A DNA stretch of 46,960 nucleotides from Trichomonas gallinae (Eukaryota), in assembly GCA_008369845.1 (NCBI GenBank), contig MRSU01011412.1:1-46960 (forward strand). Direction: 5' to 3'. The position numbers and the translations under genes are program-made. Shown here piece after piece: positions 1 through 9,410 of the stretch. Position 1 is the stretch's first letter; each line of letters begins with the position of its first letter. The notes below the pieces were generated by a model that did no database searches, was not told where the DNA came from, and saw only the letters and a program-made list of their open reading frames with translations.

Positions 1-2
1 TC

Positions 3-356
3 TTCGGAAAATTAACAAAAGCGGAACGTGAGATTGTTCTTATTGACGAAAAGAAGCTTCAGATCACCGATTTCATCACATGCAACACAACAAGTGGTGT
101 TGTTGTCAACTGGACACTCAACACAGAAGCAACCGCGACAAAAGTAGACTCTAAAACAGTCAAATTGACACGATCTAAGAAAGACTGTTTGATGACAGTT
201 ATTAGTCCATCCGATTCCGAAATCATCTTTGCAGACAATGTTTCTCCTAATTCGTGGGATGCTGCCAATCCAAACACTATGCGTGTAATTGTTCGTTCTC
301 GATATTCATCTGGTGAAAGTAAGAATATTGTTGTAACATTGGAGCCTCAATATTGA
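3..356 (+). CDS. 3' end (partial, runs off window) of heparinase II/III-like lyase, tandem paralog of 1782..3989
   Basis: Frame open from base 3: FGKLTKAEREIVLIDEKKLQITDFITC...KNIVVTLEPQY*, aligning residue for residue with the C-terminus of 1782..3989 (FGKLSKAEREIVLIDEKILQITDSITC...KMFIVTLEPQY*). Confidence 0.9.
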   Translation, partial: FGKLTKAEREIVLIDEKKLQITDFITCNTTSGVVVNWTLNTEATATKVDSKTVKLTRSKKDCLMTVISPSDSEIIFADNVSPNSWDAANPNTMRVIVRSRYSSGESKNIVVTLEPQY

Positions 357-486
357 AATTAATGAAAATTCTGAAATCATTATTGCATACTATAGCTAGT
401 GATAGCTAAAACACGTGGTAACCTTTGATTATCATTGCATGACGAGATCTTAATAGATATATAATTCATAGAAATGTTATCTTAGC

Positions 487-605
487 ATCATAAAGTCCAG
501 GCGCAGTCAATTTTCATTGATTAAATTGAGAAATCTTGACTGAATAAATATAGAAATATTCATTATTTTTATTCATGAAAATCGACTGCGCCTGGACTTT
601 ATGAT
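487..605. repeat. 31-bp inverted repeat with 57-nt AT-rich spacer (MITE-like/foldback element)
   Basis: ATCATAAAGTCCAGGCGCAGTCAATTTTCAT (487-517) is the reverse complement of 575-605 with one mismatch; no clear target-site duplication. Confidence 0.85.
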
Positions 606-660
606 CAACAGGTGTGAAATATTCACAGATCTTTAATCCTAGCATATATGAAATAATAAA

Positions 661-741
661 TTCTCTAAATATCTAATATTAAGTTTATTCTCTAAATATC
701 TAATATTCTCTAAATATCTAATATTCTCTAAATATCTAATA
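661..741. repeat. 18-bp minisatellite TTCTCTAAATATCTAATA x4
   Basis: Exact copies at 661, 688, 706 and 724. Confidence 0.9.
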
Positions 742-944
742 TCAAAATTTGTCATGTAAAGTTTATTACAATGCAAAATTGTATTCACCACTAAATTAAT
801 ATATAAACTCGAATTCAAGGAGACTAGGACATTGTTGGGCTATGGTTCAGGAGATGACATGTATAGTTTCATATTTTTATATGTAATGTCATGAAATTTG
901 CTGGCTTATATTTTTTGTCCCTAGTTTAACGTTCAATATGCACC

Positions 945-1215
945 TTATCAGACCAGCTTTGACTCGCTCGCAGGGATTTTTTTCGACTTATTTTTTTAGA
1001 GCGAAAATCGTGATCGAACGAGCGTAAGTCTGAGGCACTCGATAGAGCGTCCAGCAATACGCTTATGTGATGGGAGAAAACATTAGTGATGGGGTTAAGC
1101 TGCAGAAATTGGATTGAAAAAGGTGAATTTTTGATTTTAAAGCGGAGCAACTGATGACGATCAAATTGCAAGCGAAGAATAGCGCAGCATTTTGATCATC
1201 ATCGGCTGCGGAGTC
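945..1215. ncRNA. Candidate structured non-coding RNA (family unassigned)
   Basis: GC-enriched island with no credible ORF; long hairpins at about 948-1033 and 1147-1209 and two small hairpins at about 1038-1063. Confidence 0.35.
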
Positions 1216-1781
1216 TACGCAAAAGGAAATTTGATAAAAAAATTACATGTCAAATATGACATGTAAAATTTGATCCGCAACTTTGTCCGGCACTCAATTC
1301 AAGATGGTCTTATGATGTCTCTGATTTTGAATTTGGAGAATCTCGCATTTTGCTAGTGAAAAATTAATGTTTGGCTAATTAGTAGCTAATTTACATAGCG
1401 CTCATCTCTTATTACAATTTCTCGAAACAAAACAGGTTCACATTTTTATTCAGTTCCTCCTATAAAAAGCCACTCCTATTACAGCCTTACTTTTTCATAT
1501 TACATCGTCATTTTACACAATTTTCGCATTAAAACAAATTGGATTCGGGCTTTTATATTGATATTTTTCAGTTTTAATGTTATTTTTTAAATCAATGTAC
1601 AATAGCAATGTTAACCATGCAACATGATATATAAAAAAATATTCGTTGGCGGGGTTAATTTATATCCGACTCAAATTCAATTTGGTAGACTCACATCATT
1701 TGAGATTTCTTTTTATTTTGTTGTTTTCGTCCTTTTTCTAAAATTCTGACGATTTGAGATCACGAAAAGTGCCAATTTTCA

Positions 1782-3989
1782 ATGAGCGATGCTGAATATT
1801 CAGATGAGCCAACTGGCGCTAAGATTCGTCAAAAGAACATCAAAATAATTATTGCTGCAGCTGTTTCTGCAGTTGTTGTCGTCACAGTTGCTGTAATTCT
1901 CGTTGTTATCCTCGGAAATAAATCCAAAAAAGACAATTTAGTCAATTCAAAGTCCAAAACAGAAACTGCTACAACTCCAAAGGATGGAAATACTACAACA
2001 CTCAATGATGGAAACCCTACAGAACCAGAAGATGGGAATGAAGAAAAACCTGGTGAAGGAGAAAACACCGAAACAGACGAAGGAGATCCTGGTAATGGAG
2101 ATACTGGTAATGGAGATACAAGCGAAACTGACAAAGAAAATACTGGTGACGGAGAAACCGAAAATGATGGTTCAACTACAGGCAATGGAGATGAACCAAA
2201 GAATGAAGATGAAAATCCAAAACCTGTAGTAAAACCAAGACCATACTTACTCCTGAGAGAAGGTGATATTGAGCGTATCAACGAAAAAATCCAATCAGAT
2301 CCAGCAATGAAATGGGCTTACAGGCAGTTTGCCAGACAAGCTTCTAAGCTATTGGATATATCAGAGCCACTCAAGTATAATCTTAAAGGCAAACGACTTT
2401 TAGACGTTTCACGTGCTGCCGTGAAAAGAATTTTCTTTTCATCATTCATGTACAAATTAAAGAAAGACGTAGCCTATTTAAACCTAGCAGAAAAGGAATT
2501 AAATGCTGTCTGTTCATTCGAAGATTGGCATCCTTCTCACTTCTTAGATGTCGCTGAGATGACATTTGCTGTCTCCATAGGCTACGATTGGCTCTATGAT
2601 GATTTGAAACCAGAAACAATAGAGCTCTGCAAGGAAGCTTTGTATAAGAAAGGATTGATGCCTTCTCTGAACCATAAATTGAACTATTTCTTGAGAGTCA
2701 AAAACAACTGGAATATGGTTTGCAATTCAGGCATGTTGTTCGGTGCAATCGCGATCTATGATTCTTATCCAGAAGTCGCACAGCAAATCATTCAGAGATC
2801 CATTGATAATATCAGGACCTCCATGCCTGAGTACGCCCCAGATGGTGCTTTTCCTGAAGGCTACGCATACTGGGATTACGGAACTGAGTATGCTGGAATG
2901 ATGTTTGCTCAGCTCGATATATCATTTGGCACCGATTATGGTTTGTCTGATTTACCTGGCTTCAAAGAATCAGCCAGATATATGGGCTATATGATAGGAA
3001 CATCGAACTTGGCATATAACTACTATGACTCTGGTATTAACGGACTAGTTCTCAGCATTCTTTATTGGTTTGCTGATAAATTTAATGATCCTTCATTGGC
3101 CTTCATGAATAATAACTATTTGACCACAAATTACAAGTTTGGAGGCGATAGATTTTCACCAATTGTGTTTATTTTTGGCTCAAAACTCGACTCTACAAAT
3201 TTCCCCGAACCTAGTGAGAAGCTATGGCATGGAAACGGAAAGAATCCTGTTATTTTAATCAGAACAGGATGGACTGGAAACAACGGAGCTTATGTTGGCA
3301 TGAAAGGCGGCTCAGCATCAAATTCTCATGCGCATATGGACAGCGGTAACTTCGTTTTCGACTATAATGGTGTCAGATGGGCATATGACCTTGGAACTGT
3401 TGATTACACAAAACTTGAAAAAGCTGGTGTCGATCTTTGGAACTTTAAACAAGATTCTCAGAGATGGGATGTATTCAGAATTTCTCCAGCTGGTCACAGT
3501 ACGATAACAGTTGATAATGATAAATTTGATGTGAATGCCATGTCCGAAATAACTGAAGTCATTAAAGAGGATAACAGACTCGGTGGAAAAATTGATCTCA
3601 CTAGTCAATACTTCGGAAAACTATCTAAAGCAGAGCGCGAGATTGTTTTGATCGATGAGAAGATCTTGCAGATCACAGACTCCATCACATGCGGCTCAGC
3701 AGATGTTGTTGTCAGCTGGACACTAATCAATCAGGCAACTGCAACTAAAGTTGACGACACAACAGTGAAACTGACTAGAACAGATCCAAATATCAAAGAT
3801 TCAGTCGTTGAAAGAGAATGTTTGATGAAGATTCAGAGCCCATCTGATGTTGAAATCATCATTACAGACAACACAGGCCCTAATTCATATGATGAGCCCA
3901 ATGATGGTACATCAAGAGTTATTCTTCGCACACCAATTGCCGCTGGAGAAAGCAAGATGTTCATTGTAACCCTTGAGCCTCAATATTGA
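1782..3989 (+). CDS. Type II membrane-anchored heparinase II/III-like polysaccharide lyase (bacterial-type)
   Basis: 735 aa; N-terminal hydrophobic segment IIIAAAVSAVVVVTVAVILVVIL, G/D/E/T/N-rich stalk, then HFLDVAEM, NNWNMVCN, FPEGYAYWDYG and HAHMDSGNF motifs typical of Hepar_II_III-containing lyases. Confidence 0.85.
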   Translation: MSDAEYSDEPTGAKIRQKNIKIIIAAAVSAVVVVTVAVILVVILGNKSKKDNLVNSKSKTETATTPKDGNTTTLNDGNPTEPEDGNEEKPGEGENTETDEGDPGNGDTGNGDTSETDKENTGDGETENDGSTTGNGDEPKNEDENPKPVVKPRPYLLLREGDIERINEKIQSDPAMKWAYRQFARQASKLLDISEPLKYNLKGKRLLDVSRAAVKRIFFSSFMYKLKKDVAYLNLAEKELNAVCSFEDWHPSHFLDVAEMTFAVSIGYDWLYDDLKPETIELCKEALYKKGLMPSLNHKLNYFLRVKNNWNMVCNSGMLFGAIAIYDSYPEVAQQIIQRSIDNIRTSMPEYAPDGAFPEGYAYWDYGTEYAGMMFAQLDISFGTDYGLSDLPGFKESARYMGYMIGTSNLAYNYYDSGINGLVLSILYWFADKFNDPSLAFMNNNYLTTNYKFGGDRFSPIVFIFGSKLDSTNFPEPSEKLWHGNGKNPVILIRTGWTGNNGAYVGMKGGSASNSHAHMDSGNFVFDYNGVRWAYDLGTVDYTKLEKAGVDLWNFKQDSQRWDVFRISPAGHSTITVDNDKFDVNAMSEITEVIKEDNRLGGKIDLTSQYFGKLSKAEREIVLIDEKILQITDSITCGSADVVVSWTLINQATATKVDDTTVKLTRTDPNIKDSVVERECLMKIQSPSDVEIIITDNTGPNSYDEPNDGTSRVILRTPIAAGESKMFIVTLEPQY

Positions 3990-4238
3990 TTTGTTGTTAT
4001 AAACGTATTTTTATGCATGTTTATAGCAACATTATTGTTTATGGTCTAAGATGTATCATTTATAGCTTCTTGATAGAAGTATCGTTTGTGCGTAGAGTTT
4101 GATCCTTTATTAATAATGATTCCTTGTAGGCATTCAACAGCTTCACGAAATAAAAAAATGATTTTGCTTTATTTTGCAATTTCACAACAAAAATGTATAT
4201 TCCAAAAAGTAATATTTATATATAAAAACAATAAAAAA

Positions 4239-6824
4239 TTACGCTTTTCTTGCGTTTGCTATGAATGTTTCGGCCATCTTCTTATACTTCTCGTGCTTCG
4301 TTAAATTCTCGAAGTATGTGACTAAGTTCTTGCTCTTAAACGATTTGCAAACTTCAGGATAGAAACTCATAGACACTATAACTGAAATAGCGTCTGATGC
4401 GTGCGCTTTCTCTGACAGAAGATCAACGAGAGTAGATGCGAACTCTATGTAATCAGGAACATATGCAACATGTGCGAGTTTATCGAATGTGCTCAGAGCG
4501 TTCGTGAATATCCTCGGCTTATTAGCTTTGACAGTGCACTCTATATACTTCTTGAGGAATCCTGCCTCACTTAATCGCTTCAGGAAATTCGCGTTTAAGT
4601 CTGCACGCCTTATTGTACTTGAAACGACGAAATGCATCCTGTGTGGATCTGCAGCCAAAGCGTCTCTCAACAGAGCTGGGAATCCATCAAGCAATGTCGC
4701 CTTCTGTCTTAACTCTTTCGTCTTGAAAATCACCAAGAAAACTCTCATGACTTCGATTGGATGTTTCTTCGATTCTTGCATCCACTGTGTGTTATCGAGC
4801 AAGAATTCTGGTCCCTTCTTGTTGGATGCCATGCGAAGAATGATGATCCATGGTAGAGGACTCTCGTTCGACCTAAAAATCAGCGCATTAAGTAATGGAA
4901 CCGATGCAGGTATCTTTTCTATTCTCAGTAACAATGTTAGCACGCTTTGCCATATGTCATCATCTAGTAAATGTGCAGCAGCACGTGTATAATCAAGTCC
5001 GCTGCCGACATCGCCATAAATTATTGCCAATCCGTTGTAAGCAGCGCAAATTGTTCTAACATCCTTGGAATTTACGTACATGAGAAATATGGATCTGATG
5101 TGTATTGTTCTTTCTTTCGCGTACATTTCGTAATTTGTTATCAAATAATGGAAAATCGCAAGATACATGTATCCGCATGTCTTTCCAACGAGAGAATGAA
5201 GGACAGAAAACAAGTTGTCGAGGATTGGCCAAGGATTTGGCAGAGAAAGAAGTTGTTTGATGTAAAAACTGTATAAAATTAGCATTTTTTCGGGTCTGAT
5301 ATCCATTAATGCTGTAATCATTTCGCAATGTGGCTGTCCAAGATGTTTTGGAGCGTCAACAAACAAAACTTCGTAACAATCTGCAATCGCATCAGCTGTT
5401 TGCTGGGAAATTGGTAAAGTAGTGAAGAACTTTGTGTTTACGAAAGATTGGATGAATTGCTTGTTTCTCTTCATCATTAATCTGCAATTATTAATAATTG
5501 TGTTCAAAATATCTGGAGGAGTTGAAGGTTTGATGTGGACACTTATTGGATCCCAAAATGGCGGGAATTGAATTGGTTCGATCGTTTTTGCGTAATATTC
5601 AAGATATCTAACGAAAAGTGAATTATTATAATCGCCGAGGATTTCATCTGCATGAGCTGATTCTGTATTATCCTCTTCTGATCCAGAAGAATAACTATAT
5701 TGCGAAGAAATTGTTGGATCTTTCTGTGGTTGAGCTGGCTGCTGTTGCTTTGGTTGAGGAGCTGGCTGCTGTGGTTCTGGCTGTTGAACAGGCTGTGGAG
5801 ATGGTTGTTTTTGCTGTGGAGCTGGATTATCTGATTCAGAATATGTGCCTCCTTGTTCTATTAAAGTATCTGTTGTCTCTGACTGTTCCTGAGCCATTTT
5901 ATCTCTCATTTCTTCATCTTTATCTATGATTTGCAAGAATTTTGTAATATCATACCTATGAGTGTCCGGAAATGCAACTTTTCCGCTAGCAAGAATGTCT
6001 CTGATTTCTTCGAATGACGGCCTGTTCTCTGGGTTCCTATCCCAGCACCTTCTGATTAATTTTTGCATCGCTTGTGGAGTTGCGCGTGTAAATTCGGGTC
6101 TTTCGTTGTTTTGTATGACTGCTTTGAAGATGTCGTTGACTTTCAATCCCCTGAATGGGCGAACATTCTCGTTCATTTCGTATAAAATCATTGCAAAAGC
6201 ATAAACATCGACTTTTCGATCGTAATCTGTAGATTGAATGAGTTCTGGCGCCATGTAGTTAGGTGTGCCGATCTTTGCTGTCATTCCAGCAGACCCGTGC
6301 TCTTCGAATCTCGCGATACCAAAATCGCAAATCCTTGGGAAAAGGCGAGAGTCAAGCAAGATGTTGGCAGCCTTCAGATCTCTGTGAATGATTCCGAGTG
6401 AGTGAAGATGGCACATGCCATGCGCAATGCCAATCGCGATAGCAGTTAATTGTGTGCCAGAAAGTGGCTCTACGCCTGCCTTTTTGCGAACGTATTTATC
6501 TAGAGATCCATTAGGCATGAATTCTGTGACAATAGTATATGGAGGCTGTGCAGTAAATCCGATAAATGGAACTAAGAACATATTATCACAGCGAGCGAGT
6601 GTTTCGATTTCACCAATGTATCTTCTAAGACGATTTCCTTCTAATCTTTCTGCAAAAATTTGTTTAACTGCGCATTCAACGCCATTTTTCTTGTAAATTG
6701 CTCTTTGTACTTCGCCAAAGCCACCTTTTCCGATAACATCGCCGAAGTCGAAGTCTTCCATCTTCACGACGAGTCTTGATTCCTCCTGACTGAATTCCTG
6801 GAGGTATCTTTTGTAAACACTCAT
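4239..6824 (-). CDS. TKL-family protein kinase with P/Q-rich linker and C-terminal helical (ARM-like) domain
   Basis: 861 aa; GKGGFG, AVK, HRDLKAAN, DFG, GTPNYMAPE motifs intact; CW...P..RP.F TKL signature. Confidence 0.95.
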   Translation of the reverse strand: MSVYKRYLQEFSQEESRLVVKMEDFDFGDVIGKGGFGEVQRAIYKKNGVECAVKQIFAERLEGNRLRRYIGEIETLARCDNMFLVPFIGFTAQPPYTIVTEFMPNGSLDKYVRKKAGVEPLSGTQLTAIAIGIAHGMCHLHSLGIIHRDLKAANILLDSRLFPRICDFGIARFEEHGSAGMTAKIGTPNYMAPELIQSTDYDRKVDVYAFAMILYEMNENVRPFRGLKVNDIFKAVIQNNERPEFTRATPQAMQKLIRRCWDRNPENRPSFEEIRDILASGKVAFPDTHRYDITKFLQIIDKDEEMRDKMAQEQSETTDTLIEQGGTYSESDNPAPQQKQPSPQPVQQPEPQQPAPQPKQQQPAQPQKDPTISSQYSYSSGSEEDNTESAHADEILGDYNNSLFVRYLEYYAKTIEPIQFPPFWDPISVHIKPSTPPDILNTIINNCRLMMKRNKQFIQSFVNTKFFTTLPISQQTADAIADCYEVLFVDAPKHLGQPHCEMITALMDIRPEKMLILYSFYIKQLLSLPNPWPILDNLFSVLHSLVGKTCGYMYLAIFHYLITNYEMYAKERTIHIRSIFLMYVNSKDVRTICAAYNGLAIIYGDVGSGLDYTRAAAHLLDDDIWQSVLTLLLRIEKIPASVPLLNALIFRSNESPLPWIIILRMASNKKGPEFLLDNTQWMQESKKHPIEVMRVFLVIFKTKELRQKATLLDGFPALLRDALAADPHRMHFVVSSTIRRADLNANFLKRLSEAGFLKKYIECTVKANKPRIFTNALSTFDKLAHVAYVPDYIEFASTLVDLLSEKAHASDAISVIVSMSFYPEVCKSFKSKNLVTYFENLTKHEKYKKMAETFIANARKA

Positions 6825-6868
6825 CGCTTTACTATGATTTTTAAAATTTCAAACGGAGATCTAAAATC

Positions 6869-7213
6869 TGACAAATAAACTCTTACATTTGTTATGTAAA
6901 TTATTGAAAATTATAATTATGACGTGTAAAATATTAAAATTGTCGTGTAAATAAACTGCCACTGATATAATTTTTGTCATGTAATTTTGAAAAAATTGTT
7001 ATGTAAAGTTTTGATTTTAGATATTTTTGTCATATAAAATTTTATTTTGTCATGTAAAACTTTAGCATTATTTAAAATGTCATGTAAAATGAAAAATTGC
7101 AATGTAAAGTTATAGATATCTTTGTGTTATGTAAAATAATTTTTTGCCGTGTAAATTTTTGGCAAAAAAAATAAGAAAAATGCCGTGTAATTATGGAAAA
7201 ATTGACGTGTAAA
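6869..7213 (+). promoter_or_regulatory. Array of 14 copies (7 pairs) of TGNNRTGTAAA-type motif in divergent intergenic region
   Basis: Copies start at 6869 (degenerate), 6890, 6920, 6941, 6975, 6997, 7028, 7048, 7078, 7098, 7125, 7145, 7181, 7203, all on one strand. Array is observed; regulatory role is inferred from position. Confidence 0.7.
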
Positions 7214-7230
7214 ACTGGCAAAATTTTAGA

Positions 7231-9297
7231 ATGGAATTAGAGTTTCTTGAAGCGATTTTATCAGATGAAGATGATCAAGAGAGGAATGAAGCAGCTGCAA
7301 AACTTCTAGAGTTTTGTTTGAATGCTGAAAATATACCAAAGATATTCGAAGTTTTAAGTATTTTAGCAATGGTCGAAAAATTTTCCGAATTATCAGTTTT
7401 ACTTATTGCATTCCGTCCTTTATTCAAATTACCGATAGATTTCACAACTGATCAGCTTCAATACATTCTTGAAAGAACATTTGATATTATTTTCAAAACA
7501 GAAGAAAAATCTGCTAGATTCTTCTATCCAATCATAGATATTATAATACAACGATATCGTTCAGGCTTAATTACACATATAAAAAATGCTGCAAATTTAT
7601 TAATTAATTCAGATTACGCATTTAAAGATACTGCTATGAGTTTCATAGCAAGATATGCACCAGAAATAATAGATATAGATGTTTTACCAGAAGATACAAT
7701 AGATATATTATGCGAAGAAATATTTACTCCAATTTCTGAGCATCTGAACTCAGAACATTCAGAAATATTTGAAATTGATGTTCTTCAACTTGTCAACTCA
7801 ATGTTTTCAAAGTTAGAAAGTTTTATTCCAATTATGGGCGAAGTTGCTGAAAAAATATTAGAGAATGGCCAAAGCTTCCAATATATACTCAAAAATGATA
7901 TGATAGAGAATTGGGTTACGATGGATATTTGGGAGTTACTTAAAAAATACCAAAATCATGAAAATCAATTTTACAGAATGAAAGCAATAAAAGCTTTATG
8001 TGCTTTCTTGGATTATGATACAACAGAAGAAGATGCGTGGAATATAATAAGTGACTTAGTTTATGATCTTACACTAAAAGAATTTGAAGATGTTGATGAA
8101 TGTCAATTTGAGTTTCATTCTAATCCAGACGAAAAGACTTTATCTGTCAGAGGTGCCATTCTTGAGCTATTGATGCGTTTGAATGGTGAAACTAAGCAAA
8201 TTGACGAAAATCATTTCATGATTAATGGAATTAAAATATATTTCAATGATAATGAAGCAGAATCATTTGCTTACTACATTCTCATGAAGTGCAATAAGGC
8301 AGATTTGATAGATGTTGAATGGTTATCCCAAAATATTAATCCAACATCATTAAATTTAATTTCAAAATTAGATTTTGATTTAGCTTTAAGAATTTCTCAA
8401 GAATATTTAGATTCCGATGACAAACCACTAGCTATATGTGCAAATAATATTGCAAAGACACAAATACAAGATAAATTTGAACAAATTATTCAAAAATTCG
8501 AAAAACATATTAGTGACGCTCCTGAATTCGCTATAATGGCTGATACACTCGATGACATATTAGCTGAAGCTATAGAATACGTCAAAAAAGAAGAAAATCT
8601 TCCTAAAGAAAAAATTATTAATATTCTTGATACATCAGCGTATTTGATGTTCAAATATACAGAAAACTATTGTGAAGGTAGCTTAATGTTGCTTTTCACA
8701 ATTGCTGCTGAAAAAATCGACAAAATTCCATATGATATCATGAAAAAGTTAGTAGATGCAGTAATAGAGACTTTAGATGCAAGAATCATGATAGACTCAG
8801 ACGTTTTCCTATTATTAACGAAGTTATTAGAAAAAGTTTCCGAAATTCCAAAATTATTTTTCGATTTAGTCATGAAAATAGAAAGAATATTTACAAAGTA
8901 TCAGCCATATTCTCTGAGCCCGTTCATTCTCTTGTCCGCGTTGATTCAAAGGGAGGTGGACATCGGATCTATAATACAAGACTTCATTTTCGAAGGCTTG
9001 CAGAACGCGAAAGAAGATTTCGATGTTGGTTGCTATATTTTGGTCGCTTCAACGATAGTAATATCGTGTGATGGAGATCTGTTGTTTGACTTCAGTGAAG
9101 CAATGGATAAATGGATATCAAAGCCTGATTGTTGCAAATATTCTCGATTATTAAAATATTCTGCGAAAGCATTGAAATTATTGGCTTCTGAAAGGAAAGA
9201 TAAGAGATTTGAGGAAGCAGCTAATATAGTTTTAGTAACAGAGCCAGATGATGAAATGAATGATGAAATTGAAGTCGTCTTACCTTATGATGGGTAA
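7231..9297 (+). CDS. Hypothetical acidic all-helical protein, HEAT/ARM-repeat-like
   Basis: 688 aa uninterrupted ORF; amphipathic helical pattern; start (FLEAILSDEDDQERNEAAAKL) resembles importin-beta-like N-termini; no firm family motif. Confidence 0.7.
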   Translation: MELEFLEAILSDEDDQERNEAAAKLLEFCLNAENIPKIFEVLSILAMVEKFSELSVLLIAFRPLFKLPIDFTTDQLQYILERTFDIIFKTEEKSARFFYPIIDIIIQRYRSGLITHIKNAANLLINSDYAFKDTAMSFIARYAPEIIDIDVLPEDTIDILCEEIFTPISEHLNSEHSEIFEIDVLQLVNSMFSKLESFIPIMGEVAEKILENGQSFQYILKNDMIENWVTMDIWELLKKYQNHENQFYRMKAIKALCAFLDYDTTEEDAWNIISDLVYDLTLKEFEDVDECQFEFHSNPDEKTLSVRGAILELLMRLNGETKQIDENHFMINGIKIYFNDNEAESFAYYILMKCNKADLIDVEWLSQNINPTSLNLISKLDFDLALRISQEYLDSDDKPLAICANNIAKTQIQDKFEQIIQKFEKHISDAPEFAIMADTLDDILAEAIEYVKKEENLPKEKIINILDTSAYLMFKYTENYCEGSLMLLFTIAAEKIDKIPYDIMKKLVDAVIETLDARIMIDSDVFLLLTKLLEKVSEIPKLFFDLVMKIERIFTKYQPYSLSPFILLSALIQREVDIGSIIQDFIFEGLQNAKEDFDVGCYILVASTIVISCDGDLLFDFSEAMDKWISKPDCCKYSRLLKYSAKALKLLASERKDKRFEEAANIVLVTEPDDEMNDEIEVVLPYDG

Positions 9298-9410
9298 AAT
9301 AGACAACTGTTGTTTTGCGTAGTAATTTCCTTTTTCAGTCATATTTCCTAATTATAACTGTAAATTTAAATTAGGAATGATAAATTAATTACGAATTGTT
9401 AGGAGTAAAA

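Noticed and set aside
926..1171. 81-aa minus-strand ORF
   Set aside because: TTG start, no family motifs; region is better explained by secondary structure.
1147..1209. SECIS element (ATGA, 11-bp stem, AA)
   Set aside because: 3' arm lacks the GA of the non-Watson-Crick quartet (it pairs canonically) and no in-frame UGA selenoprotein is evident.
1829..2281. 150-aa antisense Ser/Pro/Val ORF
   Set aside because: Mirror of the low-complexity stalk of the lyase gene.
6869..7213. CRISPR-like array (repeat plus variable spacers)
   Set aside because: Repeats are only 11 bp and degenerate, spacers 9-25 bp, eukaryotic context, no cas genes.
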